Source of the DNA: Isurus oxyrinchus
Taxonomy: Eukaryota
Direction of reading: 5' to 3'
Length of the DNA stretch: 64,000 bases
NCBI GenBank assembly: GCA_026770705.1
Contig: JANJGN010000026.1
Coordinates: 5,704,001 to 5,768,000 of the forward strand
A program made the translations under genes and the position numbers. The notes beneath the pieces are model-generated. The model saw only the letters and a list, made by a program, of their open reading frames with translations. It made no database searches and was not told where the DNA came from. Shown in pieces: positions 37,523-51,420 of the stretch; the first letter of the stretch is position 1; each line of letters opens with the position of its first letter.

Positions 37523-38007
37523 ACCCTACATGAATGGCACATTATAACTGATTTGTTTGTTCTCTGGCTCTATGTAACAACTGACCTCTCCACCCAGGTA
37601 CAATGTCATTCTCTTCACAATATTTATCCATTGTGTAATTTTAAAGCTTTGCAATTTGTTCTCGGTCAGTTTCTAGTTCTTTTACCAGCTGTGACCCAAG
37701 CCTGGTTCATTCTCACAGCTCCACGGGCGCCTCAGTATCACTACAGTAATGTGGGCGAGAGAGTCTGGCCTGTCATCTCTCATTGGATACGCATTCAAAC
37801 TGTCTAATGAAGAAATCTCAATATCCCTCCTGGGTAAAGTTTGGTTCACGAGGGTGGAATACGCTCTGAAATTGGAATGCTTATTGTTCCATGCACTGCA
37901 CCCCTTTTACTGAGCACCGACATGCACCCACATATCTGTGCCACTGTCAGGTGTGCATAAACTTAATAGCAGGGTAATTAGTGGAAGGGATTAGTTCAGT
38001 CTTTCAG

Positions 38008-38273
38008 AGGGGAGTGCGACAGGAAGACGCTGGGGCATGTGGTCAGTAGCAACTAAATGAGAGTGTCAGTGGTGGAAGCTGGGAGAGGCATTCAGTAGCA
38101 CCTACAGGACAGTGTGAGAGGTGGACCCTGCGGCAGGCAGTCAGCAGAACCTAGAGGAGAGTGTAAAAGGAGGTTATTGCAACAGACAGTCAGCAGCAGT
38201 TAAAGGAAAGTGTGAGAGGAAGACCCTGCGGCAGGCTATCTGCAGCACTTAGAGGACAATGTGAAAAGAGGAC
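38008..38273. repeat. 49-bp minisatellite, ~5.5 copies
   Basis: AGGACAGTGTGAGAGGTGGACCCTGCGGCAGGCAGTCAGCAGAACCTAG and variants. Confidence 0.85.
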
Positions 38274-38289
38274 CTATTCTTCCCTGTCA

Positions 38290-41200
38290 GAGCCGAAGTG
38301 AGACGTCAAAGGAAAAGAGGTAGGTGGGTATTCCTTCAGTTTGTGCTTTGATTGGCCAAATGTTTTAAATCTTACTACAGCTGAACGGTAAAGTTTAGAA
38401 ATTTACTTTTACAATAGGTAACATCCAAATTAATTAATTGAATAGAATAGGGTTGGCTGGGCAGGGGATGTGTTGCAGATATAGTTTGGGGGATTGGTGG
38501 ACGGTGGTATGATGCAAGGTGACCACATCTGTAACAAGTGTTGGCTGCTCGAGGAACTTCAGCACCGAGTTGATGAGTTGGAATCTCAGCTGTGGACACG
38601 GCGACACATCAGGGAGGGGGAGCTTTTACCTCGATTCCGTGCTTCAGGAGGCAGTCGCAACCTCTTAGATTGATTACTTTAAATTTTGACCGTGGTCAGA
38701 GACAGGAGGGCGTGGCTGCGAGTGGGGCAGGTTTGGGGATCCAAAAATTATCTGTGGAGGAGCTTCAGCCGGTCACTTGTCCAATAGGTAAAAGGTTCTT
38801 GCTCCCACTGTGGACGAGGGCAGAGACTGCATGGAGGATGAGCGAACAGACTACAACATTGTGGTACAGAACGCCTTTCAAGTGCAGTGAGGAAAGAGAA
38901 ATGAGCTTTTAATAGGGAATAGCATAGTTACGGGAATTGATATTGTTCTCTGCAGTAAAGGCAGAACTCCGTGAAAGCTGGGTGTGTTGTCTACCTGATT
39001 CCAAGGTTAAGGACATCTCCTTTGTGCTGAGAGGAACTTGGAGTGGAAGGCGAAGGATCCAGTTGTCGTGGTCCACGTAGGAAACAAAGATTTGGTCGCA
39101 CTAAGGTAGAGCTTCTGCTAAGGGGCTAGGAGCAGATCGGGACTAAATTAAAAAGCAGCATCACAGAAGAAATAACATGCAGATCAGTACCTGAGCCACG
39201 TGAAAATTAGCTTTGCGTAAAAAACAGATTAGAAAGGTAAGTGCGTGGCTCAAAGATTGGCGTGGGAGAAATGGTTTCCGATTGATTGGGGTATTGGCAC
39301 CAGTACAGGTGAAGGGGAGAGCTCTACCGTTGGGATGGGCTTCGTTTGAACCATGTTGGGAAATGTCCTGGAAAATCTTATAACTAGGGTTGTTGATGGA
39401 ATATTAAAACAATCATTATGAGGTGCGGGGGTGGGTATGGACCTACTGAAGGGAAGTTTAAAGATCAAAAATTAACGAGAGGGCAGAGGTATAGAGCAGT
39501 GAAGACGCGAACGATACTCAAAGTGTAACAAGAAAGGGCAGAAAATATAAGGAGAAGAGTGCAGCCGAAATCAGAACCAGAATGGGCAAGAATGGTGAAA
39601 ATCAAAGTAAAAGGCCTTTTATCTGGATGCTTGCAGCATTTATAATAAGATAGCTGAGTTGAAGGCACAAATAGAAATAAATGAATATGACTTGATAGCT
39701 ATTACAGAGACATGGTTGCAGCGTGTCCAAGATTGGGAACTCAATATTCAAGGGTCTTCGACTTTCTAAATAAGGACAATTACAGAGGTATGAAACTGAG
39801 TTGTCTAAAGCGGGCTGGGAAAATAGGCTAAGGGGAATGTCAGTGGATGACCAGTGGCGAACATTAAAGCTGATATTTCATAACTTTCATCAAAGTATTA
39901 TCCCTGGCCAAAAAAGGACTTGAGAAGGATGAACCACCTGTGGTAAACAAACGTGGTCAAAGAGAGCATCGAGTCAGAACCTCGGGCGTCCAAATTGGTG
40001 AAAACTAGTGGTAGGCCAGGGGATTGTAATTTTTTTGGGAGCCAACAACAGATCGCTAAAAAGATAATGAAGAGGGAGACAATTGATTATGAAACTAAAT
40101 TGGCAAGAAATATCAAAACAAACAGAAAGAGCTTCCACGGGTATATAAAAGAAAGAGTGGCTTAAGTGAGCATGGGACTCATGGAGGATAAGATTGGAGA
40201 GCTGATAACGAGGAATGCAGAAATCGCATGCAATTGAAACCAATATTTTGCTTCGGTCTTCATTGTGGAGGGCGCAATAAACATCCAAAATATATCAGAT
40301 AAACAAGGAGCTAATGGAAGGCATGATCCTGCAACAGTCTCTATCAGGAAGGAAAATGAATTTGACAGACTAATGGGACTATAAGCAGACAAGTCGCCAG
40401 GACCTGATGGTCTGCATCCAAAGGTTTTAAAGGAAGCAGCTGCAGAGAACTTGAGGCATTGGTCGAAATATTCCATAACTCACTGGATTCCGGGAGGGTC
40501 CCAACGGTTTGCAAAACTGCTAATGTGATGCCCCTGTTCAAGAGGAGAGGGAGACAAAAAGCCAAATTCTATAGGACAATCAGCCTGACATCTGTCGTTG
40601 GGAAAAGCTTGAATCTATTATTAAGGAAGAAATAGCAGGACATTTAGAAAAGCTTAATGCAGTTAAACAGAGTTAACATGGTTTTGTGAAAGGGAAATTA
40701 TGTTTGACAAATTTGCGAGAGTTCTTTGAGGATAAAGAATGCAGGGTTGTTAAAAAGGGAACCAGTAGATGTGGTGTATTCCGATTTCCAGAAGGCATTC
40801 AATAAGGTGCCAAATAAAGTGTGTTTTGACAAGATAGGAGTCCACGATATTGGGAGTGATATATTAGCATGGATTGAGGATTGGTTAACACACAGAAGAC
40901 AGACAGTTGGGATTATTAGATATTTTTACAGTTGGAAATGTGTAACTAGTGGAGTGCCACTATGATCAGTTCTGGAGCCCCAAGTATTTACTTCCCATAT
41001 TAATGACTTGGAGGAGGGGCCAGAGTGTAATGTATCCAAATTTGCTGACGATACAAAAATAGGTGTGAAGGCATGTTGTGATGAGGACAGACTGAAGCTG
41101 CAAGGGGATATAGAGAGGCTAACCTATTGGATAAAGACGGCACAGATGGAGTTTAATGTCACAAAGTGTGAGGTCATGCATCGAAAGGCAGACTATTATT

Positions 41201-41960
41201 TAAATAGAGAGAGACTCCCAAAAAGTGCAGCACAGAGGGATCTGGGTGTTTTTGAGATTGAAACATAAGAAGTTAGCATGCAGGTGCAGCAAATAATTAA
41301 ACAGGCACATAGAATTTTGGCTGTATTTATCAGGGGTTGGAGTTCAAAATATAGAGAAGTCTTGTTACAACTGTACAGCGTGTTGGTGAGGCCGCACCTG
41401 GAGCATTGTGCACAGTTTTGGCCCCCATATTTAAGAAAGGATATAGTGGCATTGGTGGCACTTGAAAAGAGATTCACTAGGGCGGTTCCTGGTATGGATT
41501 GTTGATTATCTAGAACAGCTGAACACGTTAGGGCTTTATTAATTAGAGTTTAGAAAAATGAATGGGGTGATCTTATTGAAACGTGTACGATTCTGAAGGA
41601 GATTGACAGGATTGATGTTGAGAAGATGTTTCCACGAGTGGGAAAATCTATAACTAGGGAACATAATTACAGCATAAGTGGACACATATTAAAAACCGAG
41701 ATGCAAAGGAATTTCTTCTCTCAGATGGTAGTGAATGTCTGTAATTCTGGAGCCAGAGCATTATAGTGGCTAGATCACTGAAAGTATTTAAAGAGGAGGT
41801 AGATACATTTTTGAAATATCGAGGAGTTGATGGCTATGAGGAGCTGGCACGAAAGAAGGATTGAGGCCTGGACAGATCAGCCATAATCTTTCTGAATGGC
41901 GGGGAAGGCTTGAGGGGCCGAATGGCCTACTCCTGCTCATATTTCTTATCTGTTTATGAG
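38290..41960 (+). mobile_element. Degenerate CR1 LINE with ORF1 remnant and internally deleted ORF2
   Basis: ORF1-like remnant at ~38450-39410; IAITETW; DVVYSDFQKAFNKVP; KFADDTK. Confidence 0.85.
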
Positions 41961-43925
41961 AGAGGCGAAGAGCAATGGGGAACTAGGGAATTGTGAAGCC
42001 TACAAAGATGAACACAACTAAAAAAGAAATAAGGAGGGAGAAGATTAAATAAGAGGGTAAACTAGCCAGTAATACAAAAGAAGATCGCAAGAATATTTTT
42101 TACATTTATAAAGGGGCAGAGAGAGGCAAAAATGGACATTGGGCCGCTGGAAAATGACACTGGAGAAGTTGTAGTGGGGAACAAAGAAATGGCGGAGGAA
42201 CTGAATAAGTACTTTGTGTCAGTCTTCACAGTTGAAAACACGAGTAACGTCCACAAAGTTCAAGAGAGTCGGGGGCAGAGGTGAGTATGGTGGCCATTAC
42301 CAAGGAGAAGGTGCTAGGAAAACTGAAAGCTCCGAAGCTGGATAAATCACCTCGACCACATGGATTACAACCCAGACTTCTGAAGGAGATAGCTGAAGAG
42401 ATAGTGGAGGCGGTAGTGGTGATCTTTCTTGAATCACTGTAGTCAGGGAGGGTCCCAGAGGACTAGAAAATCGCTAATGTAACCCCTCTGTTTAAGAAGG
42501 GAGTGAGGCAAAAGATGGGAAATTACAGGCCGATTAGCCTGACCTCAGTCGTTGGTAAGAATTTAGTGTCCATTATTGAGGATGAGATTTCAGAATACTT
42601 GGAATTGCGTGTTAAAATAGGGCAAAGACAGCATGGTTTCATCAAGGGGAGGTCATGCCTGACAAATAAATTAGACTTCTTTCATGAGGTAACGAGTAGG
42701 TTAGTTAAAGGAGAGCCAATGGATGTTATCTACTTGGACTTCAAGAAGTCTTTTGACAAGGTGCCGCACAGGGGGCTGATCAGTAAGATAAGAGCCTATG
42801 GTGTTGGAGGCAAGATATTAGCATGGATAAAAGATTGGCTGTCTGGCAGGAGACAGAGAGTGGGGAGAAGGGTGTCCTTCTCAGGATTGCGGCTGGTGAC
42901 TAGTAGAGTTCTGCAGGGGTCAGTTTTGGGACCACAACTTTTCACATTATATAGTAGTGATCTAGATGAAGGAACTGAGGGCATCCTGATTAAGTTTGCA
43001 GATGATACAAAGATAGGTTCGAGGGAGAGGTAATATTGAGGAGGCAGGGAGACTGCAGAAGGATTTGGACAGGTTAAGAGAATGGCCAAAGAAGTAGCAG
43101 ATGGAATACAATGTGGGGAATTGTGAGGTCATGCACTTTGGTAGGAAGAATAGAGGCATAGACTATTTTCTAAATGGGGAGAGAATTCAGAAACCTGGAG
43201 TGCAAAGGGACTTGGGAGTCCTAGTCCAGGATTCACTTAACGTTAACTTGCAGGGTGAGTCGGTAGTTAGGAAGGCAAATGCAATGTTCGTATTTATTTT
43301 GAGAGGACTAGAATATAAATGCAGGGATGTGCTGCTGAGGCTACATAAGGCTCTGGTCAGATCATATTTAGAATATTGTGAGCATTTTTGGGCCCCGTAT
43401 CTCAGGAAGGATTTTCTGGCCCTGGAAAGGGTCCAGAGGATGTCCACAAGAACGGTCGCAGGAATGAAAGGCTTAACATATGAGGAACATTTGCAGAATC
43501 TGGGTCTATACTCGATGGAGTTTAGAAGGATGAGGGGGGAATCTGATTGAAACTTACAGAATTCTGAAAGTCCTGGAGATGGTGGACGTGGGGAAGATGT
43601 TTCCTTTACTAGGAGAGACTAGCACCCGAGGGCACAGCCTCAGAGTAAAGGGAAGACCTTTTAGAACAGAGATGATGATAAACTTCTTTAGCCAGAGAGT
43701 GGTGAATCTATGGAATTCATTGCCACAGAAGGGTTTAGAGGCCAGGTTATTGAGGGTATTTAAGATCAAGATAGATAGGTTCTTGATTGGTAAGGGGATC
43801 AAAGGTTACGGGAGAAGGCAGGAGAATGGGATTGAGAAACTTATCAGCCATGATTGAATGGTGGAGCAGGCTCGATGGGCCAAATGGCCTAATTTCTGCT
43901 CCTATGTCTTATGGTCTTATGGATT
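41960..43925 (+). mobile_element. Second 5'-truncated CR1 LINE (less decayed)
   Basis: [46 protein letters not shown]; tail TATGTCTTATGGTCTTATGG. Confidence 0.92.
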
Positions 43926-45134
43926 TAAGGCAAAAGAACATGTTATTCACCTTCTACTCAGCTGATTAGTCTATTAGGACAGCATCGTCAGTTTTATCAA
44001 AGGAAATGAAAGAAACCACTAAGTTGCCTCTTTTTAAAGGGATATAAACAAGAAGCAAGATCATAAAAGAACATGCAGCTTAGTAAATTAGCTGAAAATA
44101 TAATTGTCACCATTCACTGTGTACTTAAGTCCAATTTGTTTTCTGCCATTTTCCTACCCGCACGATGCAAAGATTGTGGAGTTGTTGACTGATCAATGCA
44201 ATCATCCTCTATTAATGAGCCTATTAAAGACTCCGAACGAAGAGAGAAAATGCGATTGTGGAGGGCTTTGGGAAGGGTTGGCTGAAATCATTGCTGCAGT
44301 ACTACTAGAGTCTAGCACAGATTTACTCGCTTTCCACGAGCAGCACTCCATTGATAAACAGCAGCTGACAGGCCCATCACTGAATCTATTGGGTTGCTTT
44401 GGATGGACACTATCCTGAAGTCACACAATCGAAAGGCTGAGGTACCTCAAGATTCCAGATTTCTACCATTCACTTCAGCGGAAGCTTGGGCACATCACTT
44501 TGCAACTGATGGACAAAAGAGATGCAATTTGGGCGATACGCTAGTGCTACTTAAAGATCCAAGTGGCTTAATTGCTGGTAAGGCATTTCCCCCCGAAACT
44601 CTTCAGTGTCTTTTGAAGAATTCTGGATTGTTTTTTAAGGAAAGTTGGTGATTTTGTGCGGATGCGTTGTACTTCATAAAGGTTGCATGATATGTGGGTT
44701 CAGCGGCTGGAGAACCATTAAGCTTACAGCAATACAGATAGGACGTAACAGAGACAGCGGAGAGGGAAGGCTATGTTCAATACTCTCTTACAAATTCGAA
44801 TCTGACACCTCCCTTCTTTTCACTGACGGGAAGCAAGCTAAAGCATCGAACATACCGATGTGTCCTCAGATTCGTGATTTCCTCCATAACGCCCCATCCA
44901 GTTCCTTGACTTGGCGCTTTGCAACAGAAGGTGTGTTGTCTTTTTTTTGGAGGATGGTGGGGGCAGCCCCCTGTTAGCTGAAACACCAGACGTGTTGCCG
45001 CTGCATAAGAGCAATGCTGAAAAACGCTAAACTGACAATTGAACATTGTTTGTTTACCTTAATTCCCAGATATTCTAATGGATGAAATAATTATAACTTG
45101 CTTTGAAATTCATTCTTCCCTCATTACTTACGTT

Positions 45135-47450
45135 AACCTTATATCATTTTATTCATTGTCATATGTTCTCGTCCCTTAATATTCCTGTGATATGTTTTGC
45201 CTTTTACCGTGATGACAGATTCAAAATACCTGTCCAGAGCTTGCTGGCTTCCCATTATTAATTCCCCAGGATCACCTTCCAAGCAACCAATGCTCATTTC
45301 GTTACTCTTTTCTCTTTTATATATACATACATCTAGTACACACATATATATAATTTTCTCTTGAGCTTTCCCTCTCGCACTAATTTCTACCTTCTTATTG
45401 TTTCTTTTTAGTATTTATTTGCTTATAAAGTCTATCTTACAGTCTCATCTTTGCTCTAAGTTTGTTTCAATGTGATACTAACTTTAACTTCTTAAGTTAT
45501 CCACGAATGGTGCACCCTTCCCATTGAGTATTTATTTCACATTGGAATTCCGGAGTATTGTGAAATATCTCCTTAAATGTCTATCATTGCTACCTAGAAG
45601 CTCCTATACTCAGGTGTTATGAATAAATTGTGTCTCATTGTGCATTACAATGTCTGAAATAGCCGACTACCTGGTTGGCATGAGAACATAGTGTTTAGAT
45701 ATTGCACACCATGAACTCATCTTCTAGGCTGCCTTGTTAATCTTATTTTTGGAAACGATATGAAGATTAAAATCTCTGGCATGAATTCCATTGACTTTCT
45801 TTAAAGCCACATTTATTTATTTCTGTATACTCTGTACAATGAGTACAATATACTTTTAAGGAATCTATAAACTACTCCCTCAAGAGAATTCCGACATCTG
45901 CTGTTTCTTATCTCCACCCAAACTGATTGTACATCTTGACCTTCTGAACAAGTTCATCTCTGACTACTGTACTAATGTTAACCTCAATTAGCCAAGCTAT
46001 GCCACCACCTATTTCTAGCTTCCTGCCATTCTGAAATTTGGAAGACATTTGATTAGTCATTTAACATCTATGGTCAACTTGCAACCACCTCTCTAAAGCG
46101 TCAATCAGGCCATGCATATTTATGTCTATTGATCCTATCAATTCATTAATTTTGTTCTGAATGCTGTGCGTATTCAGATACATATCTTAAAATCCTGCTT
46201 TTTGTGACCATTCGGGTAAACACTGGTCTTATGTGCCGGTCAACTTTTACGTTTTATACACTCTGTCACTTCCTGCCACACTCTGGTTACCATTAAACAT
46301 TTCACTGTCCTGTCCTATTTCCTTGTCTTTTATCCTTATTTCACCACATTTACTCTCAAGTGATCGCTGCACCCCTGACACTCCCGCAACAACCGTACCC
46401 CGCAACCACTCCCCCTCCCAGCCCCTGGAATATTTAACTGAAAGCCCTCTCCAACGCGTGAGATTTAGAATGCGTCAGAACACAGATCCCAACATGACTC
46501 AGGTGAAAACTGTCCCACATTCCGCTTTCCGCAGTGTTGGCACCGGTGACCGTTGAAGCAAAACCGATTTCTTCCACATCACCCTTTGATCGATGCATTC
46601 CACTCCATACTGTCATTTACCCTGTGATAATTTGCGCCTGGCTGTTGCATTAATGCTGGAATTATTGTCTTTCTGGTCCTGCTTTTTAAAATTAGACCCT
46701 AGCTACCTGTAATCCATAAGCAGCAGCTCTACTTTGGTCCCATCTATGGTGCTCGTATCTACAAGTTCTATGGAAATTTGATACTCTCCCTCGAGCCCAG
46801 AAGTCATGTCCTATGCTGCGGCACCGAGCAGATGACAGAGCCTTCTGGACTGATGGCTGTCAGCTGCCGAAATCCGTGTCGACCCTCTGGCTATACTGTC
46901 TCCCACTTGCTCTAGATTTCCCCACATTCCCATTTCAATGGCTTCCCGAACCTCGAATCCATGTCCAGATCACTTATCAATGCTGCAACCACCGATTTGT
47001 TTCACACAAGCTGCGAGCACCTAGTACCGATTTGATCATTTCAAGGGCTAAGGCCGCTCCACTTCGAACTTCTCAATCTCCGTATCTGACTCATTGCCGC
47101 CATTCCCTCCATTCTATGACAACGGACAAAATCGGGAGGCCCCAGCTGAAGCCATATGATTGCCTTTGGGAACAAAGAGCCCAAGGTATCTTTCGCCTTT
47201 CGTGCAGCATCGCAGCTTCCGAAGCTCAGTGTCGAGTTCAGTAACTCTGAAGTGAGTTACTTGAGCTTCAGTCAATAACTGCATGCGTGGATGATACAGA
47301 CAACCACCAGGTCCTACATATTACAGGTGCAACACAACACCTTCCTTCTTACCCTTATTGAGATTTAATTAAAAATCAATTCATTGATTTCTTTGTTACG
47401 TTTCAATTAATGCCTCTGGGCCTGATACTTTTATGCTTTACTCGTTTATA
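45135..47450 (-). mobile_element. Old CR1 LINE (ORF1 and 5' ORF2 remnant)
   Basis: Reverse-complement similarity to the ORF1/APE regions of 38450-40300. Confidence 0.6.
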
Positions 47451-48942
47451 GTTCAAATTTCTGATATTCACACGCCCCCATTAACATTTCGTATTAGGTA
47501 ATAGAGAAAGAGAAAATATTCACCGAATAAATCACTTATCTTCTTTCCTATCAGATAACCCTTCCAGTTCCCCACAATGCTCTGAACTCACAGTTTCTCC
47601 CGCTGAGATCTCCAAACTCTCGCTTCTGTCTCCAGATTTCCCTTTAATTCTAATCTGCAACTTGTGTCTTCTACAGTTAATTGAGGCTGAAAGATGCCTC
47701 AAAAAGGAGTGCCTCTTCTCTCATCGACCTCTAATTCACAAGTGAGCCAATTTCCCGACTTTGCACGCGGTCTACATTGCACTCCAGCGTTGTTTCCTCT
47801 CTTTGTATCCTGCTTACCAAATTGAAGAGCCAACAGGAAACAGGGGGCTGAAACGAATGAGGCGGAGTGGATACAGCGTCTTAACTGGAAAAGTGGGCTC
47901 AATGCATTTGGTTAAAGGAAAATAAATTGCGATGCTAACATGCTAAATGAAAGTGAAGGAGTATGAGGCAGCAGAGAAGAAGAAACAAAGGATTCGATGC
48001 AATGGAGCAAGTGGAAGGAAGGAGCTGATGCATTGGTAGAAAGAGAAGAGACAGTAGGAACGCATTGCGCTAAATGGAAGAGCCAGGCTTGAGATGGGAT
48101 TGTAAGTTAAAGCAGTGCATAGAGGCAGTGGGAAAACTGAATGAGGTAAACCGGATATATAGAAGAAGAGGGGTGAAGGAAGATGTATCATTGGAATAAT
48201 TACACATAGACATTGAAATTTGTTATTGAAACTAAATTCGGAAATTTTCAACAGTAGGTGAGAATGAGAGCTTGGAAGAGAAATAGAGCCATAGTGCATT
48301 GAATATGCGAATCCTAAACACTCCCAACAGAGGGCAGCAATATGAGGAATGCAGATGAAAATATTTCAAAGCGTGTGATTACGGATGTTGAAGGCGAATA
48401 AAAGGGTATTCTGCTCCCTGGATTTTACAGGGGTGTTGTATAGATCTTGCATCCACGATGATGTGAAATCACACATAACATGGACAAAGCCGCAGATTGG
48501 CTGCTGGGTGTTAATTGTCTCAACTGAACTTAAGTATACACAAGTGCAGTACATTGATTGGATGGTCACTTGAGCACTTTTGAAGAGATACTTCCTGACA
48601 CAGTTGACTGAATAATACTCCAATGGTAGGTTCTGCCCGTGGAAGTCAGCGGCGTTCCGACTTCCGGGATCGCCATCAATGCAAAGATGTTAGTGTGGTA
48701 ACTGCCACCAGATAGCGCCTAGGGCGGGTTACAGAGCGTCATCCTGCTCAATGAGAGGTAGAGGGCGGGGTCTCCGGTATCTGAGGCTGCACATCATGAC
48801 ACAGAACAATATAAGGTCCAGCATTTTTATGGGCCTCTTGGCACGGATCAGAGTCAGGTGAACCTTGAGATAATCTCTAGCGTGATGAAGATTTGTGCAA
48901 TTTACAGTGTGGACAGATGAGTCAACTTAATTTGTCGCTAAA

Positions 48943-50600
48943 ATAAAAGGAAAATACTGCGGACGCTGGGAATCTGAAATTTAAAAGCAAAATCAGAAAA
49001 TACTGGAAAAAGCTCAGCAGGTTTGGCAGTTTTTTTTTTGAGATCGAAGCGGAGAACGTTTCGAGTTTCCCTGACTCTTCTTCAGAACTGAATAGCGATA
49101 GAAATGCCACGGATTTTAAACTGTTGAAGAGAGGGGATGGAGCGAAACAGATGGTCGAAACAGCTGGAGACTTCACAATGATGCCATGGACATAAGACAA
49201 TGGTAACGCTAAAGACTAAGGCAGGTGCTAATAGTGACATAAAGGTCAGATAGCAGAATGTGCTAATTGCAGAACAAGGGCCCGCGCTCTCTGAAAGCAA
49301 AAAAAAATAGGAACACGTTACAGACTGCCCCTGTTAAAGGGAAGGAGGTGGGGGTGGGAAAAATGTCAAAATGAAGGACAGAGTTCATGGTCTGAAGCAG
49401 TTGAACTCAGTGTTAATCCAGAAGTCTGTCAGGTGCCTATTCAGAAGACAAGGCTTCCAATTAGATACTTTACAAGCTTCCAGGCTTAACATTAAGTTCA
49501 TTAATTCAGACCATGATCTCTGGCCTACATGTTGATATTTTTCTCCAACCCCATCCTCCCACAGGGCAAGTCTGTAACTTGTTCTTATGCTTTGCTTTCA
49601 CAGGCGCTGACCTTTGCCGTCAGCAACTCTCTGACCTTTAAATCAGCATAAACACCCACCTTAGGCTGTATCACTATCATTACCATTCTGTCACAGGAAG
49701 ATAGGAACAGGAGAAGGTCATTCAGCCTGTCGAGCTTGCTTCACCATTCAATACGATCATTGCTGAATGAAAACTTCAATGGCTTTTACCCACGCTATCC
49801 CCATAACACATTATGTTATTGTTAATCAGGGATCGCCCAAACTCTAGCTTAAACATACTCAATGACTGAGGTTCCACAGCCTTCTGGGGGAAAGAATTCC
49901 AAAGATTCACAACCCTCTGAATAAATAAATTTCTCCTCATCTCTGTCCTAAGTGGGATTCGCCTTATTTTGAAATTGTGTCCACTGGTTCTAGACTGTCC
50001 AAGCAGTGGAAAAATCATACGTGCACCTACCCTACCCATTCCTTCAAGTATTTTGTAGATTTCATTGAGATCACGTCTCATTCTTCGAAACTCTAGAGAA
50101 TGCAGGCCCCATTTCCCCAATCTCTATTCATAAGACAGGCCCCACCCCCCCGTTCAAGGAGCAAGTCTGGTGAATCTTCGTTGCACCCCCCTCTATGGCA
50201 ATAATATCCTTCCTCAAGTAAGGGGACCAAAACTGCCCACAGTACTCTAGATGCGGTTTAACCAAGCTTCTATACAATTGAAGCAAGACTCTACTACCTC
50301 TGTTCTCAAATCCTCTGCTAATAAAGGCTGACATTCCATTAGCCTTCCTAATTTCCTGCCCCAGCTGCATGTGTTGTGTCCATGTCATTTGGTCACGTCT
50401 CGCCTGAGCTCCCACCTATCCCGGACCATCTATTTTGCTCCACCCACCCAATCCCTCTCTTCAGCAGTAGTAAAAAGCACATTTCTACCTCTCTTCACCT
50501 CTGAAGAAGAGTCATACGGACCCCAAGGGTTAACACTATTTCTCTCTTCATTGATGGTAACAGATTGACTAAGTTTTTCCACAATTTACAGCTTTCATTT
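48943..50600. mobile_element. Head-to-head Penelope-like 3' ends (arms ~48943-49455 - and ~49455-49692 + 50375-50600 +)
   Basis: Both arms start at the GIY-YIG C-terminal motif (F.LGTLQ.SGLN.EFN.FR-like) and end in the hammerhead-bearing terminus; the right arm is split by a CR1. Confidence 0.7.
49700..50370 (-). mobile_element. CR1 3' fragment nested in the Penelope arm
   Basis: LYRSLVKPHLEYCGQFWSPYLRKDI; NLFIQRVVNLWNSFP. Confidence 0.9.
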
Positions 50601-50939
50601 TAAATATTGGCTAATCTCCGCCAATCATGTATGTCTGTATAGGTGGCAGAATTTTTAAACAGCAATAAGCCTCTCACTTTCTGTCAATGAGGGGTTCTAC
50701 ATTTATCACATATTTCCATACATAGGCGTCTGCACAATCGGAGTGAGGAGCGAGGTGTTTTATCAGGGGTAAAGCTTCCGCCAGATTCCATGAGGTTGCC
50801 CTGCGATGGGGCAGATATCTGTGTATGGAAACATGAGATAAATGTACAGTCCACCAATTATAAACGGTGGGCCCTTGCTGATCTCTGAAACTTCTCCATT
50901 TATGAAAAATGACATAGTTGATAGAGATTAACTAAAATA

Positions 50940-51420
50940 TAAAATTAAAACAGAAAATGCTGAAAAACTCAGCCAGTCTGGCAGCATCTGCGGAGACAGA
51001 AACAGAATTAACTTTCCGCTCCCAAATAATTATTCAGAGCGAAATAGAGGTAGAAATGTGATTAGGTTTACCCTGCTGAAGCACGTGTAACAAACTATAA
51101 GGTCAGGAATCGCTGGGAGCTCAGGGGAGAGTTGACAAAGGTGTCATGGACACAGAAGAAAGGAAGTGGTAATGATAGACGTAAAGTGCTGTTCCTTTCG
51201 GTTGGATTGGGGAACTGGAGGAACAGCGCCTCATCTTCTGACTCGGCACTTTGCAGCCTTCTGGACCAAACATAGAATTCAACAAGTTCAGACTGTCATG
51301 GTCAACCCACCTCCTCCCACAGGGTCAAACTGTGACTTGTTCTTATATTTTGCTTTTAGAGAATACTGACCCTTGTTCTGCTCTTAGCAAATTCTGTTAC
51401 CTGATTCAGATGTTTTTTTT
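50940..51420. mobile_element. Penelope-like remnant (inverted terminal piece + endonuclease C-terminus)
   Basis: The plus strand at ~51212-51290 encodes ELEEQRLIF*LGTLQPSGPNIEFNKFR; the minus-strand terminus lies at 50940-51170. Confidence 0.75.

Noticed and set aside
38008-38273. Regularly spaced repeats (also 52550-52770) as CRISPR-like arrays
   Set aside because: The units are contiguous and degenerate with no unique spacers or cas genes, and the DNA is vertebrate.
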